This document shows positions 1 to 13,594 of a stretch of DNA of 64,000 nt, piece by piece. A model generated the notes under the pieces. That model was not told the DNA's origin. It did not search any database and saw only the letters and a program-made list of their open reading frames with translations. The stretch covers positions 12,338,001 to 12,402,000 of the forward strand of contig OZ024749.1 in the NCBI GenBank assembly GCA_964016885.1. The letters run 5' to 3'. The position numbers and the translations under genes were made by a program. Each line of letters starts with the position of its first letter. The first letter of the stretch is position 1. The DNA is from Eledone cirrhosa. Taxonomy: Eukaryota.

Positions 1-1277
1 GGAAAGGCGTAGGTAGAAACTCCATTTTATGTCCCAAATGCAAAGTATGGGTGCATAAAAGATGTAGTGGGATCACAGGTAAGCTAACTAAGAACATAGA
101 TTTTACATGTGGCCGGTGCTCTGGTGCAATAAGTAGCAGCAAGTGCCCACAAAATACTAGCTCCTTCAACTGCGCAGAGGGTTCTATAGAAATAGTGGAC
201 AGCTTCCGTTATCTGGGTGACAAAATCAGCAGTGGGGGAGGGTGCTCTGAAAGTACAGTAGCTAGAGTCAGAACTGGATGGAAAAAGTTCAGAGAGCTTA
301 TACCACTATTAGCCGCTAGAGGGTTCTCCCTAAAAATGAAAGGCAGGTTATACGATGCCTGCATACGAACAGCAATGCTGCATGGCAGTGAGACCTGGGC
401 ATTGTGTGCAGAGGATATACGCAGACTAGAGAGGAACGAAGCTTGCATGCTCCGCTGGATGTGCAATAGTAATATACGTGAACGGCAAAGCATAAACGAA
501 CTAAGGAAAAAATTAGAAATAAGAGGGATCAGATGTTTACTCGAGAGAAGGCTACGTTGGTACGGTCACGTGATGCGCATGAAAGACGACAGCTGTATAA
601 CAAAGTGCAGGGCAATAAAGATAGACGGTAGCCACGGAGTAGGCAGACCCAGAAAAACATGGGACGAGCTGATAAATTCCGACCTCACACGCTTACACCT
701 CTCCAAGACAATGTCACTGGACCGAGACCTTTGGCGGTACTCAGTAATAGAGAAGACCCGCCTTACCTAAATACAAAGTAAAAACCTACTACAGTCAGTA
801 GGCACCTCTATCAAAACACACCCCCGTCCCACCACCTCCACCCCACCCACACCGCCCCTTTCAATGTAAAGTTATGTTGGTCCCACAACATCCAGGCCGA
901 AACAAATGAGATCGTGTAGGTGTCACGACAAAAAACACACAGTCCACGCTGTAAATGTGGCCGTGTAGGCAACACGGTAAAAACCTCCCAGCCCCACACT
1001 GTAAATGTGGTTGGTGTTAGGAAGGGCATCCAGCTGTAGAAAACCCGCCAGACAGTCCACGCTGTAATGTGGCCGTGTAGGCAACACGGTAAAAACCTCC
1101 CAGCCCCACACTGTAAATGTGGTTGGTGTTAGGAAGGGCATCCAACTGTAGAAAACCCGCCAGACAGTCCTATGCGAGCAAGACAACCACTCTTGCCTCA
1201 AGTGGGAAAACCCCCGTCCAAACCCATGCAAGCGTGGAACACGGACGCTAAACCTGATGATGATGATGATGATGATT
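1..1277 (+). mobile_element. RTE-clade non-LTR retrotransposon, 3' portion (C-terminal RT/thumb ORF to 770, 3' UTR, (GAT)n tail)
   Basis: ORF 51-770 reads VDSFRYLG...LYDACIRTAMLHGSETW...RRLRWYGHVMRM...GRPRKTW, typical of the RTE ORF C-terminus. It has a Cys/His cluster (CPKCKVWVHKRCSG...CGRC). The 3' UTR has an internal ~119-bp duplication (~940-1170) and ends in TGATGATGA. Confidence 0.92.
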
Positions 1278-2385
1278 TAGAGTTTTTAGTTAAGCTTTAT
1301 ATATAATTTTAAATGATCTTTTAAAAAATCTAGATTATACGACAAAATAAGTTAACTAAGTTTTTCCTCTATAAATAATCTTCCTCCATTACAATTTTTC
1401 ATCTACTTTAACTTTAGGTTGTATCTAAATAAATTAAATTCAATATAAACTGATAAATTCGGCAATAATACATACATTTTTTCTTTATAAATAGTTACAC
1501 AAAGTATGTATAGTCTCTCCTATACATATATTAACTACTTAAATAAGATTGTTGAATTGATAAATTTCACATAGATAATTATTTCCCTTCTTTTAAAATA
1601 AATAATTTATCACATAACAATATAACCTACTTAATTATATATATAAAAAAAAAACCACATCAATTATTAAATAATTTTCTACTCAATAATTTCAGTATCT
1701 AATTATACATAAACAAAGAAAACTTTCCCACAAATTCTGTAATCCAAATTCTTTCCCCCTTTATTATTATATTTTCATAATACTACTTTCGTTTCCTAGA
1801 ATATTTTTTTCATTTTTTCCTTTAATATAATATATATTTTTGATTTATTTTAATTGATTATAAGCAACATATAGACTGAATAACGGTCAATTTTTGATTT
1901 GTTTTTTGACCAATCTAATTACACTATATTTTAAATAATTTATGAAACATTTAAACCAACTGTAATGCATTCTCCCAGTCAAGTAACCTCCTATGTGTTG
2001 AGTTTTTTTTCTAGTCATATGCTTGGTGGTCACCAATCTGTCCAGCTCGTTTGTCTACCAGCATATCATGAAAAAGTTATACATCTCATATGTATTTTGT
2101 CTGAAGAGGACATGTTTAGGTTTATGTTTTACATTAAAGGTTCTCAACGGGAGGGGGGTGGGGGGTGAAACTTTGAAGGCGCTAGAAGCCTTTTAGTTTG
2201 GTAAGTTTTATAAGTCATATTTGTATGTCTCTTAGACAGTCAGTGATTTGAATGAAGAAAACAAAGAAAATAAATTAAAGAAGCTTGTCAACGAATAAAA
2301 GAAAATCAAAAGAAATCAAAGAGAATTAAAGTAAGGACTACTTCAACAGAAATGACAAGAAGCAATGGTGGTGAACATACACACA

Positions 2386-2417
<32 letters not shown>

Positions 2418-2613
2418 TATATACACACACAGGCCAGCGTTAGTGTTTGATGAAGTTGAGAACCTGGTCAGCTTTCAGCCAGAAGTGTGGTATTTAAACT
2501 CTCTAGGTAATAAAATCTGGCGACAAAAATGTTCTCCTTACCAAAAAAAGAAGTCATAGATCATATCAACATCCTTACACACTTAAATATAAATGCATAT
2601 ATATATATATGTG

Positions 2614-2656
<43 letters not shown>

Positions 2657-2671
2657 ATATATGTATATATA

Positions 2672-3475
2672 TCATCATCATCATCATCATCATCATATGC
2701 CTACTTTTCCCTGCTTGCAAGGGTGGGATGGGTGTTATTCAGCACAGCATCTCTCCACTTGTCACGGTCCTTCGTCATCTCCACCGTGAACTTCAGTGTT
2801 CTGAGGTCTGTTCTCACCACCTCTGCCCATGTTTTTCGTGGTCTTCCTTCAACTGGCATTTTTTGGCACTTCTTTACCCAGCGTTCATCCTCCATGCGCA
2901 TCACATGTCCATACCATCGCAGTCTTCTCTCCCGCACACTACAACTTATCCCTCTTAAACATAGTTTCTCTCTCAACACATCCATGCTCGGTCATTCACG
3001 CACATTGACATTGCACATCCAACGGAGCATGCTTGCCTCATTTCTCTCCAGCCGTCGCATATCCTCTGCAGTTGCTGCCCATGTCTCACTACCATGCAGC
3101 ATCACACATCTCACACAGGCATCACATAACCGGCCTTTCGTATGCAGGGAAAACCTTCTTCGTCAGCAGAGGAAGCAGCTCCCTAAACTTCTTCTAACCT
3201 GTCCTTATTCTAGATACTATGGCCTCGGACACCACCCTCCCAGGCTAATCTGATCACCTAGGTACCAGAAGCTATCAACCACTTCTATAGAACCCACCTG
3301 CATTTGAAAAATGTGTCTATTAATGCGACTTCTTCTGTCAAATTTCCCTGTACATCTACTGCACACGTATTTTTCTCTACCTGTTAGTTTGCCTGCTATC
3401 CCACTACATCTCTTGTGTACCCAAGATCTGCATTGTGTGCATTTTATAGAATTTATGCCAGTTCCTTTTCTGCAT
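2672..3475 (-). mobile_element. RTE LINE 3' fragment, frameshifted
   Basis: Minus ORF 2701-2985 reads RERRLRWYGHVMRM...GRPRKTW. The (CAT)n tail is at ~2672-2696 on the + strand, and the Cys-cluster region is recognisable to ~3475. Confidence 0.9.
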
Positions 3476-4025
3476 ATATAATATATGTGTTTGTGAGAGA
3501 GTGTGTATGTGTGTTATCATCATCATCATGTTATAGCTGTCTTCACTGCTAGCAAGTGTTGGCTGGGTCTTCACAAACTGAGGCAGTACTTATTTGAAGC
3601 TACTGACCCCTCAGATGTGTCTGTCTGGGTTTATGTTCTGCATCTTAGTGGTTCAACAAATACAGATTGATAAAATAAATGTGAGACATAAAAAAATAAA
3701 TACTAGCAGGGGTTGATATGATCGACTAAAACTTTTTAAGGTGATGCTCCAGCTTGGCTAGAATCTAATGACTGACACTAATAAAAGAATAAATAAGAAG
3801 TTGTTGTTTAGACCAAGATTAATCCGAGCAGACTCCATGGTCCAAGCAAAGTGTCCCAGCTATGACCATCCCCTTTTCATTTTTTCCAGGCAGTATATCT
3901 AAGATTGTATTATCCATAGCATCTTTCCTTTTGTTTTAAATATATCTAGCAGGTCTAAAGATCAACATAGAGTCTGCTTTTCCACTCAAATCAATAGATA
4001 TTTAAGAGTTTGCATTACAGAAAAA

Positions 4026-4201
4026 TAATTGTTTCTACTTTAGCCACAAGGCCAGTGCATTACTGGTACTTTATTTTATCGACCTCGTAAGGATGAAAGG
4101 CAAAGTCAACCTCGGCTGGAGTTGAACTCAGATCGTAAAGGGACGTAACTGTGCTGGAAAGCATGGCGTCCGACCCTCTACCGATACTGCCAATCCACCG
4201 C
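4026..4201 (-). mobile_element. tRNA-derived SINE with a Meta-domain-like core
   Basis: Reverse complement of the recurring unit GGCAGTATCGGTAGAGGGTCGGA...GAGTTCAAATCCCGCCGAGGTTAACTTTGCCTTTCATCCTTACGGGGTCGATAAAATAAAGTACCAGT...AGAAACAATTATT, which has A/B-box-like motifs. The family name is from recall. Confidence 0.8.
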
Positions 4202-4336
4202 ATTACAGAAAAATAATGTCAACTATGTAAATAGATGACTGATGCAGTAACAGCATTTGGTTTCAATGTTGCACTGTCATCTAGAATATATCTATAGATC
4301 TCTAAACACTATGTATAGATACACTGCTTTTATACA

Positions 4337-6475
4337 CTAGATGAGGGTGACATTTTCTCCCTCTTTTGTCTCTCACACACACTCTCTCACTCACTCTCTC
4401 TTCTCTAAAATAAATGATGTTCCTTTTCTCTAGGTCCATCTTTTTTGCTTGGTGCTCCCCTCTCTATATACAGATGAGGGTGGCTTCATAACTGTCTATC
4501 GTGCTCCCCTCTCTCTATACAGATGAGGGCGGCTTCATAACTGTCTATCTACTTCTTTCTGTCAACTCATGGCATTCCCGTTTCTATGTACATATCTCTC
4601 ACTTGGTGCTCCCCTCTCTCTATACAGATGAGGGTGGCTTCATAACTGTCTATCTACTTCTTTCTGTCAACTCATGGCATTCCCGTTTCTATGTACATAT
4701 CTCTCACTTGGTGCTTCTCTCTCTATATACAGATGAGGGTGGCTTCATAACTGTCTATCGTGCTCCCCTCTCTCTATATAGATGAGGGTGGCTTCATAAC
4801 TGTCTATCTACTTCTTTCTGTCAACTCATGGCATTCCCGTTTCTATGTACATATCTCTCACTTGGTGCTCCTCTCTCTATATACAGATGAGGGTGGCTTC
4901 ATAACTGTCTATCGTGCTCCCATCTCTCTATATAGATGAGGGTAGCTTCATAACTGTCTATCTACTTCTTTCTGTCAACTCATGGCATTCCCGTTTCTAT
5001 GTACATATCTCTCACTTGGTGCCCCCCCCCCCTCTCTCTATACAGATGAGAGTGGCTTCACAACTGTCTATCGTGCTCCCTTCTCTCTATACAGATGAGG
5101 GTGGCTTCATAACTGTCTATCTACTTCTTTCTGTCAACTCATGGCATTCCCGTTTCTATGTACATATCTCTCACTTGATGCTCCCCCCCTCTCTATATAC
5201 AGATGAGGGTGGCTTTATAACTCTCTATCTACTTCTTTCTGTCAACTCATGGCATTCCCGTTTCTATGTACATATCTCTCACTTGGTGCTCCTCTCTCTA
5301 TATATAGATGAGGGTGGCTTTATAACTGTCTATCTACTTCTTTCTGTCAACTCATGGCATTCCCGTTTCTATGTACATATCTCTCACTTGGTGCCCCCCC
5401 CCCCTCTCTCTATACAGATGAGAGTGGCTTCACAACTGTCTATCGTGCTCCCTTCTCTCTATACAGATGAGGGTGGCTTCATAACTGTCTATCTACTTCT
5501 TTCTGTCAACTCATGGCATTCCCGTTTCTATGTACATATCTCTCACTTGATGCTCCCCCCCTCTCTATATACAGATGAGGGTGGCTTTATAACTCTCTAT
5601 CTACTTCTTTCTGTCAACTCATGGCATTCCCGTTTCTATGTACATATCTCTCACTTGGTGCTCCCCCTCTCTCTATATATAGATGAGGGTAGCTTCATAA
5701 CTGTCTATCTACTTCTTTCTGTCAACTCATGGCATTCCCGTTTCTATGTACATATCTCTCACTTGGTGCTCCCCCTCTCTATATATAGATGAGGGTGGCT
5801 TCATAACTGTCTATCTACTTCTTTCTGTCAACTCATGGCATTCCCGTTTCTATGTACATATCTCTCACTTGATGCTCCCCCCTCTCTATATACAGATGAG
5901 GGTGGCTTTATAACTCTCTATCTACTTCTTTCTGTCAACTCATGGCATTCCCGTTTCTATGTACATATCTCTCACTTGATGCTCCCCCCTCTCTATATAC
6001 AGATGAGGGTGGCTTTATAACTCTCTATCTACTTCTTTCTGTCAACTCATGGCATTCCCGTTTCTATGTACATATCTCTCACTTGGTGCTCCCCCTCTCT
6101 ATATATATAGATGAGGGTAGCTTCATAACTGTCTATCTACTTCTTTCTGTCAACTCATGGCATTCCCGTTTCTATGTACATATCTCTCACTTGGTGCTCC
6201 CCTCTCTCTATACAGATGAGGGTGGCTTCATAACTGTCTATCTACTTCTTTCTGTCAACTCATGGCATTCCCGTTTCTATGTACATATCTCTCACTTGGT
6301 GCTCCCCCTCTCTATATACAGATGAGGGTGGCTTCATAACTGTCTATCTACTTCTTTCTGTCAACTCATGGCATTCCCGTTTCTATGTACATATCTCTCA
6401 CTTGGTGCTCCCCCTCTCTATATAAAGTGAGCGTGGTGGACGGACAGACAGACAACACTCTTACTATAATATAGA
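4337..6475 (-). mobile_element. Probable non-autonomous Helitron-like element containing the ~105-bp array
   Basis: The minus strand starts TCTATATTATAGTAAGAGTGTTGTCTGTCTGTCCGTCC (5' TC plus a GTCT/GTCC microsatellite) and ends ...CACCCTCATCTAG|T. No clear 3' hairpin was seen. Confidence 0.5.
4449..6420. repeat. Tandem array of ~105-bp units with interspersed ~50-bp half-units
   Basis: Unit GGTGCTCCCCTCTCTATATACAGATGAGGGTGGCTTCATAACTGTCTATC plus TACTTCTTTCTGTCAACTCATGGCATTCCCGTTTCTATGTACATATCTCTCACTT, with variable C/CT/TA tracts. Confidence 0.97.
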
Positions 6476-7142
6476 TTATATTATAAGATGTTTTTATAAA
6501 TAATATCTTCATAGAACAAGATTTGTAGTCAACACTGTATGGGCGGAGCGCCAGCATGGCCCCATCCGGATGGCTGGAACAGGTAAAAGAGTAAAAGAGT
6601 AAATGTATAAAGCTGTAACTCCTGGTAGAGTTATAGGGATACTACAGTGGTGTACAGCATTGCTAGGGCATCACTTTTTAAACCTGGTGGAGTCCAGCTC
6701 CTCTCCACATCTCAACACAGCTGATTTATTCCAAAGAAGGAGGGAGAGGAGGAAGAAAGAGATATAGAGGAATATTCCACTCCAGTACCGAACTGCTACT
6801 TTATTTATTGACCTCAAAAGGAGGAATGGTAAAGTTGATCTCGCTGGGATTTGAACTCAGAGAGCGTAGAACCAGAATAAATTCCACAAAGTATATGTAC
6901 ATAGACAGATAAACACTATTTTTATAGATATAATATCTCCATAGAGAGAAAAAGATTTTTAGTCAACGCTGTTTTTCTATATATGTTTGTGGTCAGAAAA
7001 AGAGTATTAGGATTTTATGACGATATGAGTAGTTACTGTCCACAGAGAGGGTAACAAATGGCATACATAACCCTTTTGTTACTATCTAACTATAATAAAA
7101 CATACTTTTATTTACAGTTGTATAAAAATATAATAATATAAT

Positions 7143-7572
7143 GCTGGGCAGCAACTGCAGAGGATATGCGGCGGCTGGAGAGAAATGAGGCAAGCATGCT
7201 CCGTTGGATGTGCAATGTCAATGTGCGTGAACGACCCAGCATGGATGTGTTGAGAGAGAAACTGTGTCTGAGAGGGATAGAATGTAGTGTACGGGAGAGG
7301 AGACTGCAGTGGTATGGACATGTGATGCGCATGGAGGATGACCGATGGGTGAAGAAGTGCCAGGAAATGCCAGTTGAAGGAAGACGTGGTAGAGGTAGAC
7401 CACGAAAAACATGGGCGGAGGTGGTGAGAGCAGACCTCAGATCATTGAAGCTCACGGTGGAGATGACGAGGGACCGTGACGAGTGGAGAGATGCTGTGCT
7501 GAATAAGACCCGTCCCACCCTTGCAAGCAGGGGAAAAGCGGACGTAAAATGATGATAATGATGATGATGATG
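7143..7572 (+). mobile_element. 5'-truncated RTE LINE (same subfamily as 2672-3475)
   Basis: ORF 7166-7552 reads MRRLERNEASMLRWMC...GRGRPRKTW and is followed by a (GAT)n tail. Confidence 0.9.
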
Positions 7573-7719
7573 CTTACAGAACGAAAGTACAAACACAAAT
7601 GATATATACAAATATAAACACATAAAAGAGAAATTAAAATAAAAACATAAAGAAGAAGAGAAAAAAGGTTAGGGGCAATTCACTACCATGACAAGCAGCT
7701 GCACCTCACATCTTCAGGA

Positions 7720-8790
7720 TTAACTAAATACTTTGAGGTGAGCCAATACGCTCACAGCATTGCCACGGGTGATGGTGAGGCTAAGGCGCTGAAACAACCA
7801 AGCACCCTCATGGGCATTACCTGATATAGTAAGCTGAGCCACCAGTGATGACAAGAACTTCGCTGTCAGCGGCCCAACTCCACCAAACGTCTTGAACGTC
7901 ACAGGCTAAAAAAATAATTGCTAGATAAATCCAGGTATTTCCGAATTTTGTTCCATTCGACAATGGAAGCCCATTTATGGCGGCATCCATGATGTGGGAG
8001 GGAGTAAAAGAGTCAGTGACTGTGGCATCCATTATGAGACACCTACCTCATACCAGGGTGAAAGGGTAAGGCCGTTTGGTCTCTTCCCATCCCTTCTGGA
8101 TAAACCAACCGGCTCCAGAACTGTGGGGTTATTTACCAAGGCCTGTTTGATGATCAGGTTTAACTTGGTGTGGAGGATGAGCATTCAAGCGGCAGGATAA
8201 ACCATGTAAACCTGATGTCGGCTCCCACTCGAAGTACAATGGAGATGTGGAGCTCGTCCTGACTGAGAAGGCCACCAATATTGACTAAAGGCAGGGCATC
8301 AATCCAGTCCCCCCGAGAACTCTGTGCTTGCAGAAAGTAAACAGGACCTTGAAAATATACATCGGATATTGACCAAACCTTCGAGCTCACTGAATATGAG
8401 TGTTGGAGAGACAATGAGAATTTGTAAGAGGGACTAACTCTGAGGAAAAACACCAACTTAGGGATTGACAAATAATTTCTAAGTATAAAAAAACCTTGGT
8501 GAGGCTCAATGACTTTGAGGTTTTTTAAAAGTTGCTCGAGGTTAGCCAACTTAGATAGGACTCGAAGGCTTGTTGAGTAATTGGAGCCCCAAGGGAGCAC
8601 TACACTGATTAGGGGGGGGGGGAGAACCTTGATGGAGGGGAAAGATTCTGTGAACAGGTCAACAGAAGGATCCTATGACCCAGCTCCTCAATCACCATCT
8701 TCGCGGTTGCAAGGACCTTGTCTGGAGGACCCCGCAAGCAAGCATCATCCAGATACCAGGCATTCAAATATAGGTCAACTCCCATCAATG
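7720..8790 (-). mobile_element. CRE-like non-LTR retrotransposon fragment (RT C-terminus plus restriction-like endonuclease), decayed
   Basis: Minus-strand motifs in order: AWYLDD (~8760-8743), [48 protein letters not shown]. These match CRE-clade ORF C-termini. Confidence 0.8.
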
Positions 8791-9058
8791 TCCAGTGTAA
8801 AAATAAACCCTATTTCAATTACTTAATGACTGAAGAATTTGGGCGAAGAAGAATTTGGAAGGATTTATCAAAATGGTAACATCATTTTTAAAAAAGGTTC
8901 TTCTATGAAATTATGTTGGAAGATTTCAATTTAAATAAGAACCCTTTTGTTTCATAGAAACAGAAGCGGTTTGGGGTGGGTTGGTATAAAAAAAGCTAAG
9001 TAAATTGGATAGACCAAGAAGAATAGGTGTTTATCATCAATTTACATCTAGTTTTCCT

Positions 9059-10976
9059 GCTGGCATGGGTTGAATGTGTTGGTCTGAGTCAGGTCCTAGT
9101 CACAGATACCACTAGAATGGGTTGGATGTGTTGGTCGGAGTCAGGTCCTAGTCACAGATACCACTAGAATGGGTTGGACTGAGTCAGGTCCTAGTCACAG
9201 ATACCACTAGCATGGGTTGGATGTGTTGGTCTGAGTCAGGTCCTAGTCACAGATACCACCAGCATGGGTTGGATGTGTTGGTCGGAGTCAGGTCCTAGTC
9301 ACAGATACCACTAGCATGGGTTGGATGTGTTGGTCTGAGTCAGGTCCTAGTCATAGATACCACTAGCATGGGTTGGATGTGTTGGTCTGTGTCAGGTCCT
9401 AGTCACAGATACCACTAGCATGGGTTGGATGTGTTGGTCTGAGTCAGGTCCTAGTCACAGATACCACTAGCATGGGTTGGATGTGTTGATCTGTGTCAGG
9501 TCCTAGTCACAGATACCACTAGCATGGGTTGGATGTGTTGGTCTGTGTCAGGTCCTAGTCACAGATACCACTAGCATGGGTTGGATGTGTTGGTCTGAGT
9601 CAGGTCCTAGTCACAGATACCACTAGCATGGGTTGGATGTGTTGGTCTGAGTCAGGTCCTAGTCACAGATACCACCAGCATGGGTTGGATGTGTTGGTCT
9701 GTGTCAGGTCCTAGTCACAGATACCACTAGCATGGGTTGGATGTGTTGGTCTGAGTCAGGTCCTAGTCACAGATACCACTAGCATGGGTTGGATGTGTTG
9801 GTCTGAGTCAGGTCCTAGTCACAGATACCACTAGCATGGGTTGGATGTGTTGGTCTGTGTCAGGTCCTAGTCACAGATACCACTAGCATGGGTTGGATGT
9901 GTTGGTCTGTGTCAGGTCCTAGTCACAGATACCACTAGCATGGGTTGGATGTGTTGGTCTGTGTCAGGTCCTAGTCACAGATACCACTAGCATGGGTTGG
10001 ATGTGTTGGTCTGTGTCAGGTCCTAGTCACAGATACCACTAGCATGGGTTGGATGTGTTGGTCTGTGTCAGGTCCTAGTCACAGATACCACTAGCATGGG
10101 TTGGATGTGTTGGTCTGTGTCAGGTCCTAGTCACAGATACCACTAGCATGGGTTGGATGTGTTGGTCTGTGTCAGGTCCTAGTCACAGATACCACTAGCA
10201 TGGGTTGGATGTGTTGGTCTGAGTCAGGTCCTAGTCACAGATACCACTAGCATGGGTTGGATGTGTTGGTCTGAGTCAGGTCCTAGTCACAGATACCACC
10301 AGCATGGGTTGGATGTGTTGGTCTGAGTCAGGTCCTAGTCACAGATACCACTAGCATGGGTTGGATGTGTTGGTCTGTGTCAGGTCCTAGTCACAGATAC
10401 CACTAGCATGGGTTGGATGTGTTGGTCTGAGTCAGGTCCTAGTCACAGATACCACTAGCATGGGTTGGATGTGTTGGTCTGAGTCAGGTCCTAGTCACAG
10501 ATACCACCAGCATGGGTTGGATGTGTTGGTCTGTGTCAGGTCCTAGTCACAGATACCACTAGCATGGGTTGGATGTGTTGGTCTGAGTCAGGTCCTAGTC
10601 ACAGATACCACTAGCATGGGTTGGATGTGTTGGTCTGAGTCAGGTCCTAGTCACAGATACCACTAGCATGGGTTGGATGTGTTGGTCTGTGTCAGGTCCT
10701 AGTCACAGATACCACTAGCATGGGTTGGATGTGTTGGTCTGTGTCAGGTCCTAGTCACAGATACCACTAGCATGGGTTGGATGTGTTGGTCTGAGTCAGG
10801 TCCTAGTCACAGATACCACTAGCATGGGTTGGATGTGTTGGTCTGTGTCAGGTCCTAGTCACAGATACCACTAGCATGGGTTGGATGTGTTGGTCTGAGT
10901 CAGGTCCTAGTCACAGATACCACTAGCATGGGTTGGATGTGTTGGTCTGAGTCAGGTCCTAGTCACAGATACCACC
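9059..10976. repeat. 52-bp tandem array, ~37 copies
   Basis: Unit CTAGCATGGGTTGGATGTGTTGGTCTG(A/T)GTCAGGTCCTAGTCACAGATACCA. Period measured 9311->9363. Confidence 0.98.
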
Positions 10977-11237
10977 TTCCTAAATACGTTTCCAATGTAA
11001 CGTTTCAGTTTTGAATGGTTGAATGCTCAACCATTTTAGGGTGAATTGTTTTTATCATGGCCCCAGCACTAAGGAAGTTCTGTATTCATCCTGACTAAAG
11101 GCTCCCCTCAATTCTATATTGTTATATATGCAAATAAGTCAACCTGATTTACTTTATTTAGTAAGTTAATAAGTTAAACATGTTTTTTAGGAGTGAAACT
11201 AGTCTGGTTGATCTCTCCTTTTCCGTCAGTGAAGATA

Positions 11238-11926
<689 letters not shown>

Positions 11927-11927
<1 letters not shown>

Positions 11928-12527
11928 GGTGGCTGCCAACTCGTTTTAGAGTACGGCCACTACTTTATATCCATGTAGGAGAACCCCTACCGATGCGCTG
12001 AACGAGTGTGACTTTTTAGTCCAGCCAGCGACTTGAAAACTCTGGTACAAACACTACACTTGTGACAATTACTGACACATAGTGCTGGGCCCATGGTACC
12101 ATGTGATGACAAGTGCAGAGAGATCTCCAGATATAAAGCAATGCCTGTGCCGTGAAGCTTTTATAGTGAGCAAAGGCACTGCACAAAGCCAGTCCCACTC
12201 TCTTAACCAAGATGATATTTACCAAAAAGAAGAACAAGTCAACATCATTGGATACCATCAGGGTTGCGGGTGTTATATCAGAGTTTTCCTTCTCCTAGAA
12301 TTGTGCCTTGACAAAGGCTAAGGGGTCATCTCTCCCGGTGATTTTGGATAGCCATTGACTCTTAAGAGCTGCTTTGACAGGTTTTGTTTTTAGTCCTGCA
12401 GGATGTCCAAAGTCACCCTCCTCAACAAGAAACCTTGGTGGGGTTGCCAGTTTAGTCGCCAACGACCCGACCATGAGACAGGTTGTACTGGGATACATGT
12501 TACCAGTAGCACCAACTGGTGACCTGA

Positions 12528-12530
<3 letters not shown>
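11927..12530 (-). mobile_element. Bipartite non-autonomous RTE derivative (5' UTR fused to the ORF 3' end), 604 bp
   Basis: The 5' half shares CCCCTTAGC...CTAGGAGAAGGAAAACTCTGA with the RTE 5' fragment at ~41970-42045. The 3' half encodes a C2H2 finger, [24 protein letters not shown] shorter copy is at 33025-33278. Confidence 0.7.
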
Positions 12531-12722
<192 letters not shown>

Positions 12723-12888
12723 TAGGAACAAGTAAGACCCCGACGGCTGAGCTCAAGCCGTTTCGACGGCTAATTCTGTACGTCGGGGTCTTACTTGTTC
12801 CTATTACCCACTCTACTACCCTAAGTATTGAGTACTTCGGTGCGTTATGGTCCACTTGGTTCCTTACCACATTTCCTTCGTTATATAC

Positions 12889-12920
<32 letters not shown>

Positions 12921-13050
12921 CTATACATATGGTGTTGGCAATAGTGTACGTTGGTAATAGCCATCATACGGAATATATTGAGAGGGTGGGGATACTTGAG
13001 CATAACACATCCTTTTTAGTTTTGCAAATTTTAGCTTTTGCTAACAAATT

Positions 13051-13380
13051 AATAATTGTTTCTACGTTAGGCACAAGGCCAGCAATTACTCAGTACATTA
13101 CTGGTACTTTATTTTATCGACCCCGTAAGGATGAAAGGAAAAGTTAACCTCGCTGGGATTTGAACTCAGAATGGCAATAATAATAATAATAATTGTTTCT
13201 ACTTTAGGCACAGGATCAGCAATTTGGAGGGAGGAAGGAGGGGAAAGTCGATTAAACCGACCCCAGTGTATTGCTGGTTCTTTATTTTATCGACCCTCGT
13301 AAGGATGAAAATCAAAGTCAACCTCGACAGTATTTGAACTAAGAACGTAAAGGGACGTAACTATATGCCACAAAGCATGA
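13051..13380 (-). mobile_element. Two tandem Meta-like SINE copies
   Basis: Two matches to the recurring SINE unit, separated by (AAT)n. Confidence 0.8.
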
Positions 13381-13594
13381 AATAAATAAGCAATTGAGGA
13401 ATATGTTTAGCACAGACAAAGTAAAATTGACAGCTAGTAAGTAAATTACTGATGAAGATATCTCAATGAAAATAACTAAAATTCGGAAAGAGAAAAAAAG
13501 GCGCAGGGTCCGTTTGACTGATAAAAAGTCGATTAATTATTATGTAAACAAGAATTGTAAGTTATATCAGATAACCTATCATAAATGAACTCAC

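Noticed and set aside
4501-6325. Repetitive ORFs (LYTDEGGFITVYLLLSVNSWHSRFY)
   Set aside because: They are translations of the ~105-bp array, and the frame shifts with homopolymer length.
9059-10976. CRISPR-like array
   Set aside because: The units are head-to-tail and identical, with no unique spacers and no cas genes, in a eukaryotic context. The same applies to the other arrays.
11927-12530. Solo LTR, suggested by TGGT...ACCA termini
   Set aside because: The content matches an RTE 5' UTR and an ORF C-terminal zinc finger. The 4-bp inverted ends are probably coincidental.
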